From assembly GCA_977020255.1 (NCBI GenBank), contig CDROCS010006113.1, positions 124,001 to 188,000 on the forward strand: a stretch of 64,000 nt of DNA, given 5' to 3'. Both the position numbers and the translations under genes were made by a program. The stretch is from Obrimoposthia wandeli (lineage: Eukaryota). Shown piece after piece: positions 63,480 to 64,000 of the stretch. Under the pieces are notes generated by a model. It was not told where the DNA came from, did not search any database, and saw nothing but the letters and a program-made list of their open reading frames with translations. How positions within the stretch are numbered: position 1 is the first letter of the stretch; each line of letters starts with the position of its first letter.

Positions 63480-64000
63480 AATGGCTTAAATATATCTAAA
63501 AGATCCAATTGCTACACAGGAGTTTCAAAATAAGCAAAAAGAACAAAACAAAATTACAAGAAAACGCAGAAATGGCTGAGCGACCAGTTAGCCTACAGTC
63601 TGAACAAGCCGATGAGAAGAAGGTTTATAATTAGAGCTTACAAAACCAGCGGTCTTAATCATTTATGGAAAATGGATTTGATGGAGATGATTCCATATTC
63701 TTCCATTAATAAGGGATATCGATATATTTTAACATGTATTGATGTATTTAGCAGGTTTGCTCATGCAATTCCAGTTAAAACAAAGTCTCCAATTCCTATG
63801 CTTGAAGCCATTAAAGAAATATTAAAAGAGGACATTCCACAAAATGTGCAAACTGATTTAGGAAAATAATTTTATAATAAGCAAGTTCAATCATTATTTA
63901 AACAAAATAATATAAATCACTACTCTGCGTTTTCACAGTACAAAGCAGCAGTAGTAGAAAGATTTAATCGTACTTTAAGAGATCGAATAAAAAGGTATTT
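63480..64000 (+). pseudogene. Polinton integrase (N-terminal and catalytic core, one stop; continues beyond window)
   Basis: WLSDQLAYSLNKPMRRRF...WKMDLM...ILTCIDVFSR...QTDLGK*FYN...VVERFNRT. Confidence 0.93.

Larger units (their letters stand above)
60172..64000. mobile_element. Polinton family A, copy 3 (continues beyond window)
   Basis: Starts AGTAGGTGGATGTGTCCGG; carries ORF B/A, TBP-like, ATPase and integrase in the same order as copy 1 but inverted. Confidence 0.95.

Overview
AT-rich eukaryotic (probably invertebrate animal) genomic DNA; the host species cannot be determined from sequence alone. The backbone is a minus-strand kinesin-3 gene of the KIF28/KLP-6 type. Fourteen exons with phase-consistent GT-AG boundaries were traced from 51398 down to 14590; the 5' motor exons lie beyond the window. 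Its introns and flanks are packed with mobile elements. Four Polinton/Maverick (adintovirus-like) elements start with AGTAGGT. Three belong to one family: copy 1 at 1-8349, a 2.7-kb internally deleted copy 2 at 19128-21838 with a 6-bp TSD, and copy 3 from 60172 to the window end. The fourth is a non-coding 3.35-kb element of a second family at 43013-46363. Also present are a Ty3/Gypsy element with 72-bp LTRs, a hAT-type TIR element, many Tc1/mariner/pogo/hAT/LINE relics and an HSP60 fragment cut by Polinton copy 3. Main result: besides pPolB, integrase, A32-like ATPase and capsid genes, the Polinton family carries an accessory module that the ORF track misses because it is spliced. It comprises an intact 153-aa two-repeat TBP-like gene with a 39-nt intron (61863-62363), a terminal inward-reading gene with three 45-49-nt introns, a tandem pair of paralogous unknown proteins (possibly OB-fold SSB-like) and a 37-aa highly basic micro-ORF. 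All annotation was done by eye, with no database searches.
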